Assembly: GCA_029932605.1 (NCBI GenBank)
Contig: JAOZPT010000002.1
Location: forward strand, 15,873-79,872
Length of the DNA stretch: 64,000 nt
From: Candidatus Zixiibacteriota bacterium
Lineage (GTDB): Bacteria; Zixibacteria; MSB-5A5; UBA10806; 4484-95
Direction of reading: 5' to 3'
The notes beneath the pieces are model-generated. The model was given only the letters and a program-made list of their open reading frames with translations, ran no database searches and was not told the DNA's origin. This document shows, in pieces, positions 1 through 9,816 of this stretch. The first letter of the stretch is position 1. Every line of letters starts with the position of its first letter. The position numbers were made by a program, and so were the translations under genes.

Positions 1-2
1 GG

Positions 3-302
3 GCAATTTTTGAAAAAATCGTCACCCTGGGGATTTTCAAAGAAAAATCCCCATTCAATTCGTTTCTATACGGCGGCTTGGTAACCACAGTGATACCATT
101 TTTCTTGTTGTTAATAGGTTATTTCACTAATTCGTTATTTATTTTTGCCTTGAACATGGTATTAGTTGGCCTTTTCTTGTTCATCTTTTTGCCGTTTGGC
201 CTTGGAGCGATAGTTCTGGCACGTTTTGGATTTCCACCAAAAGCAAAAGAAAACGATAAACCAACAGAGTTATCCCAAACAACATCATCTACGACATTAT
301 AA
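3..302 (+). CDS. 3' part of a membrane protein, truncated by window start
   Basis: Frame is open from position 3 to TAA at 300-302; several hydrophobic segments (ending GLGAIVLARFG) and a polar tail. Confidence 0.6.
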   Translation, partial: AIFEKIVTLGIFKEKSPFNSFLYGGLVTTVIPFFLLLIGYFTNSLFIFALNMVLVGLFLFIFLPFGLGAIVLARFGFPPKAKENDKPTELSQTTSSTTL

Positions 303-489
303 TACAGAAAGATGATTTATAACCATATCTGTGGTTGATAACTTTGGTTTAAATCAGAAGTTACAAATACGTCTTTTTGTTTAACAAGTATAGTTAGTAC
401 ATACAGTCATATTATTTGGTAGAAGAAACCCTATGTTAAGTTGTCCGGTATGTAGATGTTTTTCTTTGACTTATAAAGAACTTTTTTGC

Positions 490-519
490 TTGCTCGTTTG
501 TATATTTAATATGTATAAT
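490..519 (+). promoter_or_regulatory. Putative sigma70-type promoter of secA
   Basis: TTGCTC (490-495), 18 nt spacer, TATAAT (514-519). Confidence 0.4.
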
Positions 520-565
520 TTAACCAAGATAATGGTCTCTGGTTCGTTATGGAGAGGTGAAAGTA

Positions 566-3500
566 ATGCCAATTAATGTCATATCCAAAATATTCGGTAA
601 TAAACATGACAGGGATATCAAAAAAATTCAACCCATCGTCTGGGAGATAAATGAAATTTATAAAACCCTTAAGGACAAGCCCGATGAGTGGTTTATCAAG
701 AGGACAGAAGAGTTCAAGGCTGAACTGAAGCCTGCAGGAGAGGAATACCTGGTTCGTTTAGGGGATAACCTTGATATTGATTATAAGCAGAAGAAAGAAA
801 TCTACCAGCAAATTATCGGCGACAAGCTTGATGAGATACTTCCTGAATCTTATGCAATGGTCAAAGAGACCTGCCGTAGGCTATTGGGTAAAACCTGGGA
901 TGTTTGCGGCATTGAGATAAAATGGGAAATGGTTCCTTACGACTGTCAGCTTATCGGCGGTGTGGTTCTTCATCAGGGGAAAATCACCGAGATGGCTACC
1001 GGTGAGGGTAAAACTCTTGCCGCTACTATGCCTTTGTATCTCAACGCCCTGGTTGGTCTAGGTGCACATCTTGTAACTGTTAATGATTATCTTGCCCGAC
1101 GTGATGCTCAATGGATGGGAAAAATATTTGAGTTTTTAGGGCTAACCGTTGGTTGCATACAGAATCAAATGATCCCTCATGAGAGGCGCCAGCAATATAA
1201 TTGTGATATCACCTATGGCACCAACAATGAGTTCGGTTTTGACTATCTGCGAGACAATATGGCTGTACATGCAGAAGAAATGGTTCAACGTGGATTTTTC
1301 TATGCCATCATTGACGAGGTTGATTCGGTTCTTATTGATGAGGCTAGAACACCGCTTATAATCTCTGGACCTGTTGAGTCGAAAATGAACGAGCGTTTCA
1401 TAGAAATGAAACCTCTGGTTAAGAACCTGGTAAATCGTCAGAACCAACTTTGTGCAAAGTTTATCACCGAGGGCGAGAGGTTATTAGAGGAAGGCAAAGA
1501 GTATGAAGCCGCTACAAAGTTTTTAATAGCCCAACGTGGTGCTCCTAAAAATAAACGGCTATTGAAACTTTATAAGGAGAAGGGTATCAAGCAACTGGTG
1601 CAGAATGTCGAACTTGCCTACATGCGTGATAAGAAGATGCATGAGATCAACAACCAACTTTATTTTTCCATAGATGAACGTGAGCATACTATCACTTTGG
1701 AGGACCCTGGCCGGTCAATGTTATCACCTAATGACCAGGAACTTTTTGAGATACCCGATATCGCAGAGGGTTTGGTAGCGATTGATAATGACCCAAATTA
1801 TAATGATGATGATAGAATTCGAGCCAAAGAGGAGTTGTATCGAAAACACGCCGAACGCTCCGAGAAAAACCATGCCATTAACCAGCTTCTGCGAGCATAT
1901 CAGCTTTACGAAGAGGATGTTGAATATGTCATTCAAGACGGCAAGGTCTTGATTGTAGATGAGTTTACCGGTCGTTTGATGCCGGGACGTCGTTACAGTG
2001 ACGGGCTTCACCAAGCAATTGAGGCTAAAGAGGGTGTATCCATAGAGGGGGAGACTCAGACATTAGCGACTATTACCCTGCAGAATTTCTTCAGGATGTA
2101 CGATAAGCTTTCCGGTATGACCGGCACCGCTGAAACCGAAGCGGGTGAGTTCTGGGAGATATATAAGCTCGATGTTGTGGTTATACCGACCAACAGGCCG
2201 GTCAGGCGTATTGATTACGAGGATGTTATTTATCGCAGTCGTAATGATAAATATAAAGCTATCGTTGAAGAGATAGTCCGCCTTCACAAAAAAAACATCC
2301 CGATACTGGTTGGCACCGTTTCGGTTGAAGTCTCCGAGATATTATCCCGTATGCTCAAGAGGCAAGGGATAGGCCATTCAGTGTTAAATGCCAAGTATCA
2401 CCAGCAGGAAGCGGAAATAGTAGCCAAAGCCGGTATCCCTGGTGCGGTGACTTTGGCCACCAATATGGCCGGCCGCGGTACCGATATCAAGCTGGAAGAG
2501 ACGGTTGTGAAATCACCTTTTTGTATGCTGGTTTCACCGGTTTCTGATAGTGAAGAATGTCCTTACTACAGAGAACTTAAGTGTGAGGAAGATGTCCCCT
2601 GCGGTTTGCACATTATTGGTACCGAGCGACATGAATCACGTCGTATCGACCGTCAACTTCGTGGTCGTTCCGGTCGTCAGGGTGACCCGGGTTGCTCGCG
2701 GTTTTTCCTGTCGCTTGAGGATGACCTTATGCGTCTCTTCGGCTCTGACAGGATTGCCTCTATCATGGATAGATTGGGTGTCAAGGAGGGTGAAGTTATC
2801 GAGCATAAAATGGTAACAAAAGCTATCGAACGGGCACAGAAACGTGTCGAGGCTCAAAATTTCTCCATCAGAAAACATCTTTTGGAATATGACGATGTAA
2901 TGAACATCCAGCGTAAAGCGGTTTACAGCAGGAGGGCAAAATGCCTTAAGGGTGAAAACCTCAAAGATGAGGCGTTAGAGCTTGTCCAAGAAGTAATCGA
3001 GGCTAAAGTCTGGGAGTATTGTCCTGAGAAAGAATATCCCGAAAACTGGAATCTGGGCGGCCTGCGTGAGCAGATGAGGAATATATTCTTAATGGACTTC
3101 AAATGGCCCCAGGAGGATATCCTAAAATTAAAACAACCAGACGTAATCAAAAGGCTTACTGATGCTGCCCTGAAAATTTACGAGGAAAAAGAGAATATTC
3201 TCGGCAGTGAAATGATGCGTAAGCTGGAGCGATTTTCATTTCTGTCAGTCATTGACTATGAATGGAAAGAACATCTTTATGAGATGGATCACCTGAGAAC
3301 CGGTATCGGCCTTCGAGCATACGGTCAGCGTGACCCGCTTATCGAGTTTAAAAAAGAGGGTTACCGTATGTTCATGGAGATGCTGGAACGGATCGATGAA
3401 CAGATCGTATCATCCATTTACAAGATGAAACCCGCCACCGAACCGGCTCGAATTCCCCGGGGACAGATGGTTGCCGCCAAACAATCAGCGGTGGGAATGG

Positions 3501-3700
3501 GGGTGGCCACCGCGGCTCAGACTCAGGCCGAACAGGCTGGTGGCGGAGCTGAGGTTGGTTACACCGGGCCCATGCAGGATGCCGAAGAACCAGCAAGGAA
3601 ACAACGACCGATTCGAGTGGGAAAGAAAGTAGGCCGCAACGACCCCTGCCCCTGCGGTAGCGGGAAGAAATACAAGCACTGCCACGGGAAAAGAAGTTGA
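566..3700 (+). CDS. secA: Preprotein translocase ATPase SecA
   Basis: EMATGEGKT Walker A, IIDEVDSVLIDEARTPLIISG, TNMAGRGTDI, QLRGRSGRQGDPG, C-terminal SEC-C motif GRNDPCPCGSGKKYKHCHG; ATG 566 follows GAGGTG. Confidence 0.99.
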   Translation: MPINVISKIFGNKHDRDIKKIQPIVWEINEIYKTLKDKPDEWFIKRTEEFKAELKPAGEEYLVRLGDNLDIDYKQKKEIYQQIIGDKLDEILPESYAMVKETCRRLLGKTWDVCGIEIKWEMVPYDCQLIGGVVLHQGKITEMATGEGKTLAATMPLYLNALVGLGAHLVTVNDYLARRDAQWMGKIFEFLGLTVGCIQNQMIPHERRQQYNCDITYGTNNEFGFDYLRDNMAVHAEEMVQRGFFYAIIDEVDSVLIDEARTPLIISGPVESKMNERFIEMKPLVKNLVNRQNQLCAKFITEGERLLEEGKEYEAATKFLIAQRGAPKNKRLLKLYKEKGIKQLVQNVELAYMRDKKMHEINNQLYFSIDEREHTITLEDPGRSMLSPNDQELFEIPDIAEGLVAIDNDPNYNDDDRIRAKEELYRKHAERSEKNHAINQLLRAYQLYEEDVEYVIQDGKVLIVDEFTGRLMPGRRYSDGLHQAIEAKEGVSIEGETQTLATITLQNFFRMYDKLSGMTGTAETEAGEFWEIYKLDVVVIPTNRPVRRIDYEDVIYRSRNDKYKAIVEEIVRLHKKNIPILVGTVSVEVSEILSRMLKRQGIGHSVLNAKYHQQEAEIVAKAGIPGAVTLATNMAGRGTDIKLEETVVKSPFCMLVSPVSDSEECPYYRELKCEEDVPCGLHIIGTERHESRRIDRQLRGRSGRQGDPGCSRFFLSLEDDLMRLFGSDRIASIMDRLGVKEGEVIEHKMVTKAIERAQKRVEAQNFSIRKHLLEYDDVMNIQRKAVYSRRAKCLKGENLKDEALELVQEVIEAKVWEYCPEKEYPENWNLGGLREQMRNIFLMDFKWPQEDILKLKQPDVIKRLTDAALKIYEEKENILGSEMMRKLERFSFLSVIDYEWKEHLYEMDHLRTGIGLRAYGQRDPLIEFKKEGYRMFMEMLERIDEQIVSSIYKMKPATEPARIPRGQMVAAKQSAVGMGVATAAQTQAEQAGGGAEVGYTGPMQDAEEPARKQRPIRVGKKVGRNDPCPCGSGKKYKHCHGKRS

Positions 3701-3708
3701 TGTGTATA

Positions 3709-3732
3709 CCGTCAGGAAGGGGTGCCTGACGG
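3709..3732. repeat. REP-like palindrome, copy 1 (CCGTCAGG-N8-CCTGACGG)
   Basis: Perfect 8 bp inverted repeat just after the secA stop; same CGTCAGG/CCTGACG core at 6832 and 32411. Confidence 0.65.
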
Positions 3733-3848
3733 CGCGGGAGATTTCCATTGTTTTTTTCAATTTAAAAAGATTTTTATAGCTTGATTCCAATTAAACAAAT
3801 ATTAATGTAAATTTAATTGTGTAAAATTGTATTAGTTGGAATTTAGAA

Positions 3849-3908
3849 GGTTTACGGGTATATCCAGGAAAAACAACCGGTTTTAAAGGAGGATACACCC
3901 GTGAAACC
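3849..3908. repeat. Imperfect ~17 bp inverted repeat
   Basis: GGTTTACGGGTATATCC ... GGATACACCCGTGAAACC, one mismatch and one bulge. Confidence 0.55.
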
Positions 3909-3909
3909 A

Positions 3910-4155
3910 TTAAGGTTTGACAGTAAAAATGTAGGTTGCGTTTTCAGCGGTGTCAAGAGTTTTTGGGAGGAGGATGTTAGGGATTTTGTTTTGAAGAATG
4001 TAAGAAGGCAGCTTGAGGGGATGTTGCGGGTTGGGGATCACAACCTCAGCCGTCTGTAACTCTACATCCTTCGGTTTTGCCGCCCGTCTTGGCTTGCTAT
4101 CCCAGACCAACCTGGCGGAGTCTTTTTTTCGGTATCTTTTATTGTTTATTGCCAC
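3910..4155 (-). pseudogene. Probable N-terminal remnant of a site-specific (Mod-like) DNA methyltransferase
   Basis: KRYRKKDSARLVWDSKPRRA..PKDVELQTAEVVIPNP resembles N-termini of Mod-type adenine MTases as recalled; similarity lost after ~45 aa; no DPPY or FxGxG motif. Confidence 0.45.
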
Positions 4156-4862
4156 AGATCAGCCTAATTCAAAACTAATTCAGAACAACCAATTTTTTAT
4201 ACTCAAATATATCTTTAATAATATGATGAAGTATAGGTTATTGAGTCAACAAAAAAGATTTCCTGCTTAGACCGTAGATGAACTATAGATCACGGTTACT
4301 GTTGTGAAAGAGTGGATTTTCCAACAGCCGCTAAACTTGATCTAACACCATCCCCTTTCTAACCATATATGTAACTTGAACCCACTAATATGGTAAAAGA
4401 CCCAACCTTGCCTCCCAAATTAAGAAAGGTCTCATTAATACATTTTACTGTATCTTCAGAGGAATTCGTCTGATTGTATTCTCATGAAAAAAAACATTTG
4501 GCTTAGATAGTCGAGATTTATTATCTTGATTTCAAAATATGATAAATATTTCCAGATACTTTGCGAAAAGCCGTTTTCAAGATCGCCACAGAATGCCCAA
4601 CAAAGTTGTGTTATGGATAAGATGATGAATATAATAATATGAGGAATATCGTAATGAATTTGTAAGATTTACAAGACAAAAAAACTTAACAGAACGCAAA
4701 GACTTAAGTACAGGAAAATAGCGAAAGATGATTACATTTATCGTAATACTTATAGCATTGATCGTCGTAATCTTGGCACTTAAGGAAATATTACAATACT
4801 TTAAGCCCGACGAGTAGTGTTTTGTAATTAGAAAACTCGATTATTGAAAGGTGGTGATTCAA

Positions 4863-5627
4863 ATGTTTTACTTGGAGGATAGCAAGCTTTATGTTGTAAA
4901 AGATATAGTATCCTGGTACCGAGAAGCCTGCAATGATCCGAAGTCTAAGGTATTACCCCACCCGACCAAGTATAGATGGAAAAGCTGGGATAATGACAGG
5001 TTATGGTGCTCAATTTTCTTCAGTATCGGAGTAAAGGGAGGCTCAAAGGCAGCACGTGATTATATAGAACCAATTGAAAAGGGATATGAGGATTTTGAAT
5101 TAAAAGTATTTGAGTTAACTCCTCTGGATACAGAATCTCGGATGAGGAAGATATGGGAATTTGGTAGAGGTAACAATAGACTCGGAAAAGCCTTGGGAAG
5201 GTTTTTCAGCAGGCCAGAAAATTTCGGTAGAAAAAATGGTTTTGAGCGAAATATAACCGATGCCTTCTCTATTCTTGAAAAGCATGGATTCATGGATTGG
5301 TTCTATGAGATTGACAGCTATTCTGAGGATAGAGAGAAAGCTAAAGCCATGGAAGAATTTCCTGGTGTAGGGCTTAAAGTTTCTCGTGATTTTCTTAATG
5401 ATATCGGGATGACAGATTCACTGATAGCCCTCGATTTACATGTTTTAAAAGAGATGCAAGAAAATTGGGGCTGGTCTGTGCCATCTCAGACCCCTACTGA
5501 TAGACCACTTTATGAAGCTATAGAGGATGGAGTTAGGAACATTGCAAGGAGAGCAGGAGCAACGGTACTGGAAATTGACAAGGCAATATATTTTGGCAGA
5601 ATGACTGATGAATATATACACAGCTAA
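4863..5627 (+). CDS. HhH-superfamily DNA glycosylase/AP lyase, OGG2-like and divergent
   Basis: HhH motif EFPGVGLKVSRDFLNDIG (Lys) followed by ALDLHV (Asp), then YEAIE..VRNIA....LEIDKAIY; SD AAGGTGGTGA before ATG 4863. Confidence 0.75.
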   Translation: MFYLEDSKLYVVKDIVSWYREACNDPKSKVLPHPTKYRWKSWDNDRLWCSIFFSIGVKGGSKAARDYIEPIEKGYEDFELKVFELTPLDTESRMRKIWEFGRGNNRLGKALGRFFSRPENFGRKNGFERNITDAFSILEKHGFMDWFYEIDSYSEDREKAKAMEEFPGVGLKVSRDFLNDIGMTDSLIALDLHVLKEMQENWGWSVPSQTPTDRPLYEAIEDGVRNIARRAGATVLEIDKAIYFGRMTDEYIHS

Positions 5628-5675
5628 CTGCGGTTCTATTCTTAAAAACTTTTACAATCGGAAGGGGTTTTAGTC

Positions 5676-6656
5676 ATGTTTGGTAAAATTCAAGATATAC
5701 TAGGTGTTGAAGATTTGATAGGCTTGCATAAGAAATTGGTAGGGAAAGAGAAAACATTCATTGAGAAATGGGAAGTTCAAAATTTTAAGAATCTTGATTC
5801 TATTCCGGACATTCGAGGTAAATTTGCCATATACCTTCTAGTCAGAAGTGATTATCCCGTATACCTTGGCAAAAGCGTTAATGCATCTATTCGAGTAAAG
5901 AATCATGTCCAGGAAAAAGATTTTGACAGGATGACTATATTTTCCTCAGAAGCTTTTACTAATGACATCAAAGTTCTTAGCTATATCGAGTTTCTCTGCT
6001 ATTATACTCTCTGGTCAAAAGGATACTGTCTGATATACAATAGCACTGATGTTTGGAACACCTTGCCAATAAAGAGCCAGAAGGGGCCCGCCTTTAACCC
6101 AACTGAGGTATCATATGCGCATAATTTCATGAACATGTATTTGAGCTCATTGGAAAAAGCGAATCTTTCTCCTCCTATGATTCCCGGAAAACCTTTAAAA
6201 CTGGAATATCATGGAAAGAAAGAAATTACCGTAAATGCCATATACTGGAGACCAACAATCAAAAAGGAACTTCACAGCCTGGCCATCGATTATTGGGACA
6301 AAAAAAACGAAGAACGTCTGAAAAGAAGTAGATCTAAGAACAAAAATAAATTGAGATGTAAATTTACTGGGAGCGGGTCTTTTCAGCTACTGAGGGGGAC
6401 AAAAGGCATAATAATGCGCAACGATTATGACCAGCAGACAACTTACGACTTACTTAGGAAGATTGAAGTCTTCACTGAAACTAGTGGAGAAACTTTATGG
6501 GTGGCCGATTACCCTTTTCCTAAGTCAAATCTAATGCTTCATATAATTCAAGCTATGAATTCTGCTAACGCCAGATATGAGCTTTCAATTGCCAGCACAG
6601 GAAAGTATTTGCATGAATTGGAAAATGAATGGAGGGACCAATTGGGCTTAGAATAA
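5676..6656 (+). CDS. GIY-YIG nuclease with C-terminal DUF4357-like domain
   Basis: AIYLL...VYLGKS..ASIRVKNH...SYIE (GIY-YIG Tyr/Arg/His/Glu pattern); C-terminus FQLLRGT...DYPF...NSANARYEL...TGKYLHELE resembles DUF4357. Confidence 0.75.
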   Translation: MFGKIQDILGVEDLIGLHKKLVGKEKTFIEKWEVQNFKNLDSIPDIRGKFAIYLLVRSDYPVYLGKSVNASIRVKNHVQEKDFDRMTIFSSEAFTNDIKVLSYIEFLCYYTLWSKGYCLIYNSTDVWNTLPIKSQKGPAFNPTEVSYAHNFMNMYLSSLEKANLSPPMIPGKPLKLEYHGKKEITVNAIYWRPTIKKELHSLAIDYWDKKNEERLKRSRSKNKNKLRCKFTGSGSFQLLRGTKGIIMRNDYDQQTTYDLLRKIEVFTETSGETLWVADYPFPKSNLMLHIIQAMNSANARYELSIASTGKYLHELENEWRDQLGLE

Positions 6657-6831
6657 CTCTGAGTTATTGAACCTTCTTGAGTTTGAGCCTAATCTAATAT
6701 ACTATGTCCATAACATAACGTTTTTCATCCCGTCTTAAGTTTTCATTACATTCTTATTCCAGAAATTCGAGATGATTTGGACTTGGCTTATAAGTGGCCA
6801 TAGTCTTATGATGATGGTGATTAATTACCGT

Positions 6832-6928
6832 GTCGTCAGGTCGCCGCACCTGACGACTTCAACATGAAAATCCCGACAACTCTACTCAAAATGTCGGGTT
6901 TCATTGTAGGTCGGCCTGCCCGACCTAC
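6832..6928. repeat. Cluster of three hairpins, including REP-like copy 2 and a GTAG-type palindrome
   Basis: GTCGTCAGGT-N6-ACCTGACGAC (6832-6857); CCCGACA...TGTCGGG (6872-6898); GTAGGTCGG-N5-CCGACCTAC (6906-6928); lies between convergent genes. Confidence 0.7.
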
Positions 6929-6957
6929 TGGTTGACTTATTAAAACAACAATAGTAG

Positions 6958-7767
6958 CTATTTCCATACCTTCAAAACCTGTCTTATCATATCCTCAAGC
7001 AAATCCAGTTTCAATTGGCAGTTTTTATCGGATTTGGCCTTTTGAGGGTCAGGGTGTGTTTCGATAAATAAGCCATCCACGCCGACAGCGACGGCAGCTT
7101 TTGCCAGAGGTAAAATAAACTCGGGAGAGCCTCCGGAGGAACCGCCCTTGGCTCCCGGTTTCTGCACCGAGTGAGTGCAATCGAAAATAACCGGAAAGCC
7201 GGTTTTTTTCATTATCACCAGCGAACGGAAATCAACTATCAAGTCGTGATATCCAAAAGTGGTTCCGCGTTCGGTGAGAATCACCTTATTGTTGCCCTCC
7301 GATACCGCTTTTTGTGCTATTTCGCTCATATCCTCAGGAGCCATGAACTGTCCCTTTTTTATGTTTAGAGGAAGCCCGGTTTTTGCAGCTGCCAAGACAA
7401 GCTCGGTTTGCCTGCATAGGAAAGCTGGAATCTGAAGGCAATCGGCAACCTCTGCTGCCATATCAGCCTCGTCGGGTTTGTGAATATCGGTCAAGATTGG
7501 CACATTAAATTGGCTTTTGACATCAGCCAGTATCTTAAGAGCCTTATCAACGCCTATCGTGGCAAACGATTTTCCCGATTGGCGGTTGGCTTTTATATAT
7601 GATGATTTGTAGATAAAGGGAATGTCAAGTTTTTGCGAGATTATTTTTAATTTTTCAGCGGTGGCAAAGGCGATTTCTTTTGATTCCACCACGCATGGCC
7701 CGGCGATAATAAATGGCTTGCCTGAACCGATTTCAATTTCACCTATTTTAAATTTTGTTTCGGCCAC
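6958..7767 (-). CDS. kdsA: 3-deoxy-8-phosphooctulonate (KDO8P) synthase
   Basis: IAGPCVVE, KANRQS, QIPAFLCRQT, KKGQF, FDCTHSVQ motifs. Confidence 0.97.
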   Translation of the reverse strand: MAETKFKIGEIEIGSGKPFIIAGPCVVESKEIAFATAEKLKIISQKLDIPFIYKSSYIKANRQSGKSFATIGVDKALKILADVKSQFNVPILTDIHKPDEADMAAEVADCLQIPAFLCRQTELVLAAAKTGLPLNIKKGQFMAPEDMSEIAQKAVSEGNNKVILTERGTTFGYHDLIVDFRSLVIMKKTGFPVIFDCTHSVQKPGAKGGSSGGSPEFILPLAKAAVAVGVDGLFIETHPDPQKAKSDKNCQLKLDLLEDMIRQVLKVWK

Positions 7768-8144
7768 GGTTTCTCCTTTACCGCTATGACCTGCCAGACC
7801 GATTTTCTTCCCCGGGATTTGAATTTTCTCTCCATTTTCAGCTCAAGTATCATATCGGGAAGTTCGACTTCTATCAGGCCATGAAATATACCCTCCCCTA
7901 CAATTATAATATTTTCGGGCCTGACATCTCTATCACAATATTGAGAGTTGTTCAAAAAAGCTGAGGTGACGGCTTTGATATCAGTCCACCACGGCTGATA
8001 GCCTGAGTCGCTTTCAGCCTGGTAATAAAGAATATCTTTATCGGGTGGATAAGGCAATTCTATGGTATATTCTTCGAATTTATTCATTTTTACACATCCA
8101 CCTATGAGCAGGGCGAGGAAAATAGCTGTGTAAATCTTTTTCAT
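7743..8144 (-). CDS. Hypothetical lipoprotein
   Basis: Signal peptide with lipobox LIGGC; overlaps pyrG stop and kdsA start. Confidence 0.75.
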   Translation of the reverse strand: MKKIYTAIFLALLIGGCVKMNKFEEYTIELPYPPDKDILYYQAESDSGYQPWWTDIKAVTSAFLNNSQYCDRDVRPENIIIVGEGIFHGLIEVELPDMILELKMERKFKSRGRKSVWQVIAVKEKPWPKQNLK

Positions 8145-9814
8145 TTATTTTTAAGAGTTGATGCTGATATTTTTGTGGAGGGTACCTTTTTTGATTTTTG
8201 ATATTTCAGGGCTGCTTCAACCAAACCTTTAAAAAGCGGATGAGGTGCCATTGGCCGTGATTTCAACTCAGGATGAAATTGACTGGCGATGAAATAAGGG
8301 TGGTTTTGCAATTCTATCATTTCAACCAGCGCTCCATCGGGAGACAGACCGGAGAAAACCATGCCTTTATCGCCAAGGACGTTACGGAATTCATTGTTAA
8401 CCTCATAGCGGTGTCGATGGCGCTCACTTATTTTCGGTTTATTGTATATCTTTTCGGCAAGAGAGCCTTTTGTGATATTACAGGGGTATGCTCCGAGTCG
8501 CATAGTACCACCCTTACGTGTTATTTTCCGCTGTTCATCCATAAGGTGAATCACAGGGTGTGGGGTTTTTTGATCAAACTCGTAAGAATTGGCATTTTTT
8601 AGTCCACAGACATTGCGAGCAAACTCAATCACAGCGCATTGCAGGCCAAGACATAAACCCAAAAAGGGTATTTTGTTCTCCCGTACATATCTGACCGCCT
8701 CGATTTTTCCCTCAATGCCTCGCTCGCCAAAGCCGCCCGGGATAAGGACACCATCAACATTGCTGATGAATTTTTCAACTCCCTCATCTGCAATCTCCTC
8801 TGACGATACCCAGACAAGTTCAACATGGGTATCGTTTGGTACACCAGCATGGATGAAAGCCTCGGTTATCGATTTGTAGGCGTCTCTAAGGTTGATATAT
8901 TTACCAACTATAGCTATGCGAACATTATGGACTGGCTTTTTGACCTTTTCCACCATCTTTTTCCATTCTTCAAGGTCGAGGTCCTTGCATAAAAGGTCGA
9001 GATAGTGTACTATGAGGTTGTCGAGAAGTTCGCAATGAAATAAGATTGGCACCTCATATATGGTTTGACAGTCTATGTCCTGGATAACGGCTTCGGGGGG
9101 CACATTACAGAAAAGCCCTATCTTGCGCTTGATATCCCGAGATAGCTTTCTGGTTGTTCGACAGATAAGGATATTGGGTTGGATACCAATCTCCCTGAGC
9201 GCCTTAACAGAGTGTTGTGTTGGTTTGGTTTTCAATTCATCGGATGTTTTAAGATAGGGAATCAGGGTAAGGTGTATAAAGAGGGTATTTTCGGGGCCAT
9301 ATTCTAAGCCCATCTGGCGTATTGCCTCAAGGAAAGGCATAGCCTCGATATCACCTACCGTACCTCCTATCTCGGTAATAACGATATCAACATTATCGTC
9401 CATCTGAGCAAGTAACGTACATCGCGATTTGATTTCATCGGTAATGTGGGGAATAACCTGCACTGTCGCACCAAGATAATCGCCTCGTCTTTCCCGCTGA
9501 ATTACTGCATCATAAACCTGCCCCGAGGTGACATTGGAAAATTTATTCAAGCTGACATCGATAAAACGCTCATAATGCCCCAGATCAAGGTCTGTTTCCG
9601 AGCCATCATCAAGGACATAAACCTCTCCATGCTGGAACGGATTCATAGTCCCCGGATCGACATTTATATAAGGATCGAATTTCTGAAGTCTGACCTCTAA
9701 GCCCCTAGATTTTAATAATAAACCAATGCTAGCAGCAGCAATTCCTTTGCCTAAAGATGAGGTAACACCACCGCTAATAAATATGTATTTTGTCTGCTTC
9801 TTCTTACGAGGCAT
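8141..9814 (-). CDS. pyrG: CTP synthase
   Basis: [42 protein letters not shown]. Confidence 0.99.
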   Translation of the reverse strand: MPRKKKQTKYIFISGGVTSSLGKGIAAASIGLLLKSRGLEVRLQKFDPYINVDPGTMNPFQHGEVYVLDDGSETDLDLGHYERFIDVSLNKFSNVTSGQVYDAVIQRERRGDYLGATVQVIPHITDEIKSRCTLLAQMDDNVDIVITEIGGTVGDIEAMPFLEAIRQMGLEYGPENTLFIHLTLIPYLKTSDELKTKPTQHSVKALREIGIQPNILICRTTRKLSRDIKRKIGLFCNVPPEAVIQDIDCQTIYEVPILFHCELLDNLIVHYLDLLCKDLDLEEWKKMVEKVKKPVHNVRIAIVGKYINLRDAYKSITEAFIHAGVPNDTHVELVWVSSEEIADEGVEKFISNVDGVLIPGGFGERGIEGKIEAVRYVRENKIPFLGLCLGLQCAVIEFARNVCGLKNANSYEFDQKTPHPVIHLMDEQRKITRKGGTMRLGAYPCNITKGSLAEKIYNKPKISERHRHRYEVNNEFRNVLGDKGMVFSGLSPDGALVEMIELQNHPYFIASQFHPELKSRPMAPHPLFKGLVEAALKYQKSKKVPSTKISASTLKNK

Positions 9815-9816
9815 AG

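Noticed and set aside
4013..4270. 85 aa plus-strand ORF
   Set aside because: Antisense shadow of the methyltransferase-like fragment; no motif or SD
4314..4334. GGATTTTCCAACAGCCGCTAA resembling an IS terminal inverted repeat
   Set aside because: No partner repeat or transposase seen; too short to support
4728..4817. 29 aa hydrophobic ORF (MITFIVILIALIVVILALKEILQYFKPDE) just upstream of the glycosylase
   Set aside because: No clear SD; preceded in frame by stops, so more likely the tail of a decayed gene; cannot be fully excluded as a small partner
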